From: Candidatus Aadella gelida
Lineage (GTDB): Bacteria; Omnitrophota; Gorgyraeia; Tantalellales; Tantalellaceae
Direction: 5' to 3'
Length of the DNA stretch: 55,242 nt
Assembly: GCA_030765205.1 (NCBI GenBank)
Contig: JAVCDB010000017.1
Location: 1 to 55,242, forward strand
Made by a program: the position numbers and the translations under genes. Numbering within the stretch: position 1 is the first letter of the stretch; each line of letters begins with the position of its first letter. The notes under the pieces are model-generated. The model saw nothing but the letters and a program-made list of their open reading frames with translations, had not been told where the DNA came from and ran no database searches. This document shows positions 55,157-55,242 of the stretch, piece by piece.

Positions 55157-55241
55157 GGGGAGATAGCGAAGTGGTTAAACGCAACAGACTGTAAATCTGT
55201 CGGCTCAGCCTTCGAAGGTTCGAATCCTTCTCTCCCCACCA
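55157..55241 (+). tRNA. tRNA-Tyr (anticodon GTA), class II with a long variable arm and encoded CCA.
   Basis: The acceptor is GGGGAGA/TCTCCCC, the anticodon stem ACAGA/TCTGT, the loop CTGTAAA, the long variable arm CGGCTCAGCCTTCG and the T arm GAAGG-TTCGAAT-CCTTC. Confidence 0.9.
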
Positions 55242-55242
55242 T

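Overview
This is an AT-rich bacterial chromosomal segment, probably from an uncultivated lineage; I cannot assign taxonomy from sequence alone. It is densely packed with housekeeping genes. Every gene I can support lies on the + strand: about 50 CDS and 3 tRNAs.

Gene order:
- a large orphan histidine-kinase-like ATPase protein
- cinA/pncC, a RayT/IS200-like HUH transposase, then recA-recX-alaS
- a fused his-trp biosynthetic block: hisD-B-H-[GIY-YIG insert]-A-F-I-trpE-G-D-C-F-B-A
- ruvX, an M16 peptidase, rpe, a PGM/PMM family protein, lepA-lepB, pgsA
- der-plsY-[1.1 kb non-coding-rich insert]-gpsA, then tRNA-Pro
- hom-thrC-(ApgM-like proposed homoserine kinase)-lysC-cimA-valS
- rluB-like, nadC, uvrB, a frameshifted SemiSWEET, an SDR epimerase, queH
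- tilS-ftsH-folP-cdaA-cdaR-pdxJ-acpS-nnrD
- a GC-rich structured spacer, then tRNA-Thr and tRNA-Tyr

I found no canonical defence island, CRISPR array or prophage. The unusual content is in the intergenic DNA:
1. A pervasive family of tandem 7-nt repeat arrays, often arranged as inverted (hairpin-forming) arrays. They start at stop codons and run up to start codons, and one subgroup shares a conserved core.
2. A nested inverted-repeat cassette around cinA and the RayT-like transposase, plus a 52-nt dispersed repeat.
3. A GIY-YIG gene bracketed by inverted GC-rich elements inside the his operon.
4. An insertion between plsY and gpsA carrying an orphan ORF, tandem terminators and a 181-nt near-perfect hairpin.
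5. A 6S-RNA-like rod with a central bubble downstream of nnrD.

All calls rest on motif recognition by eye. No database search was run.
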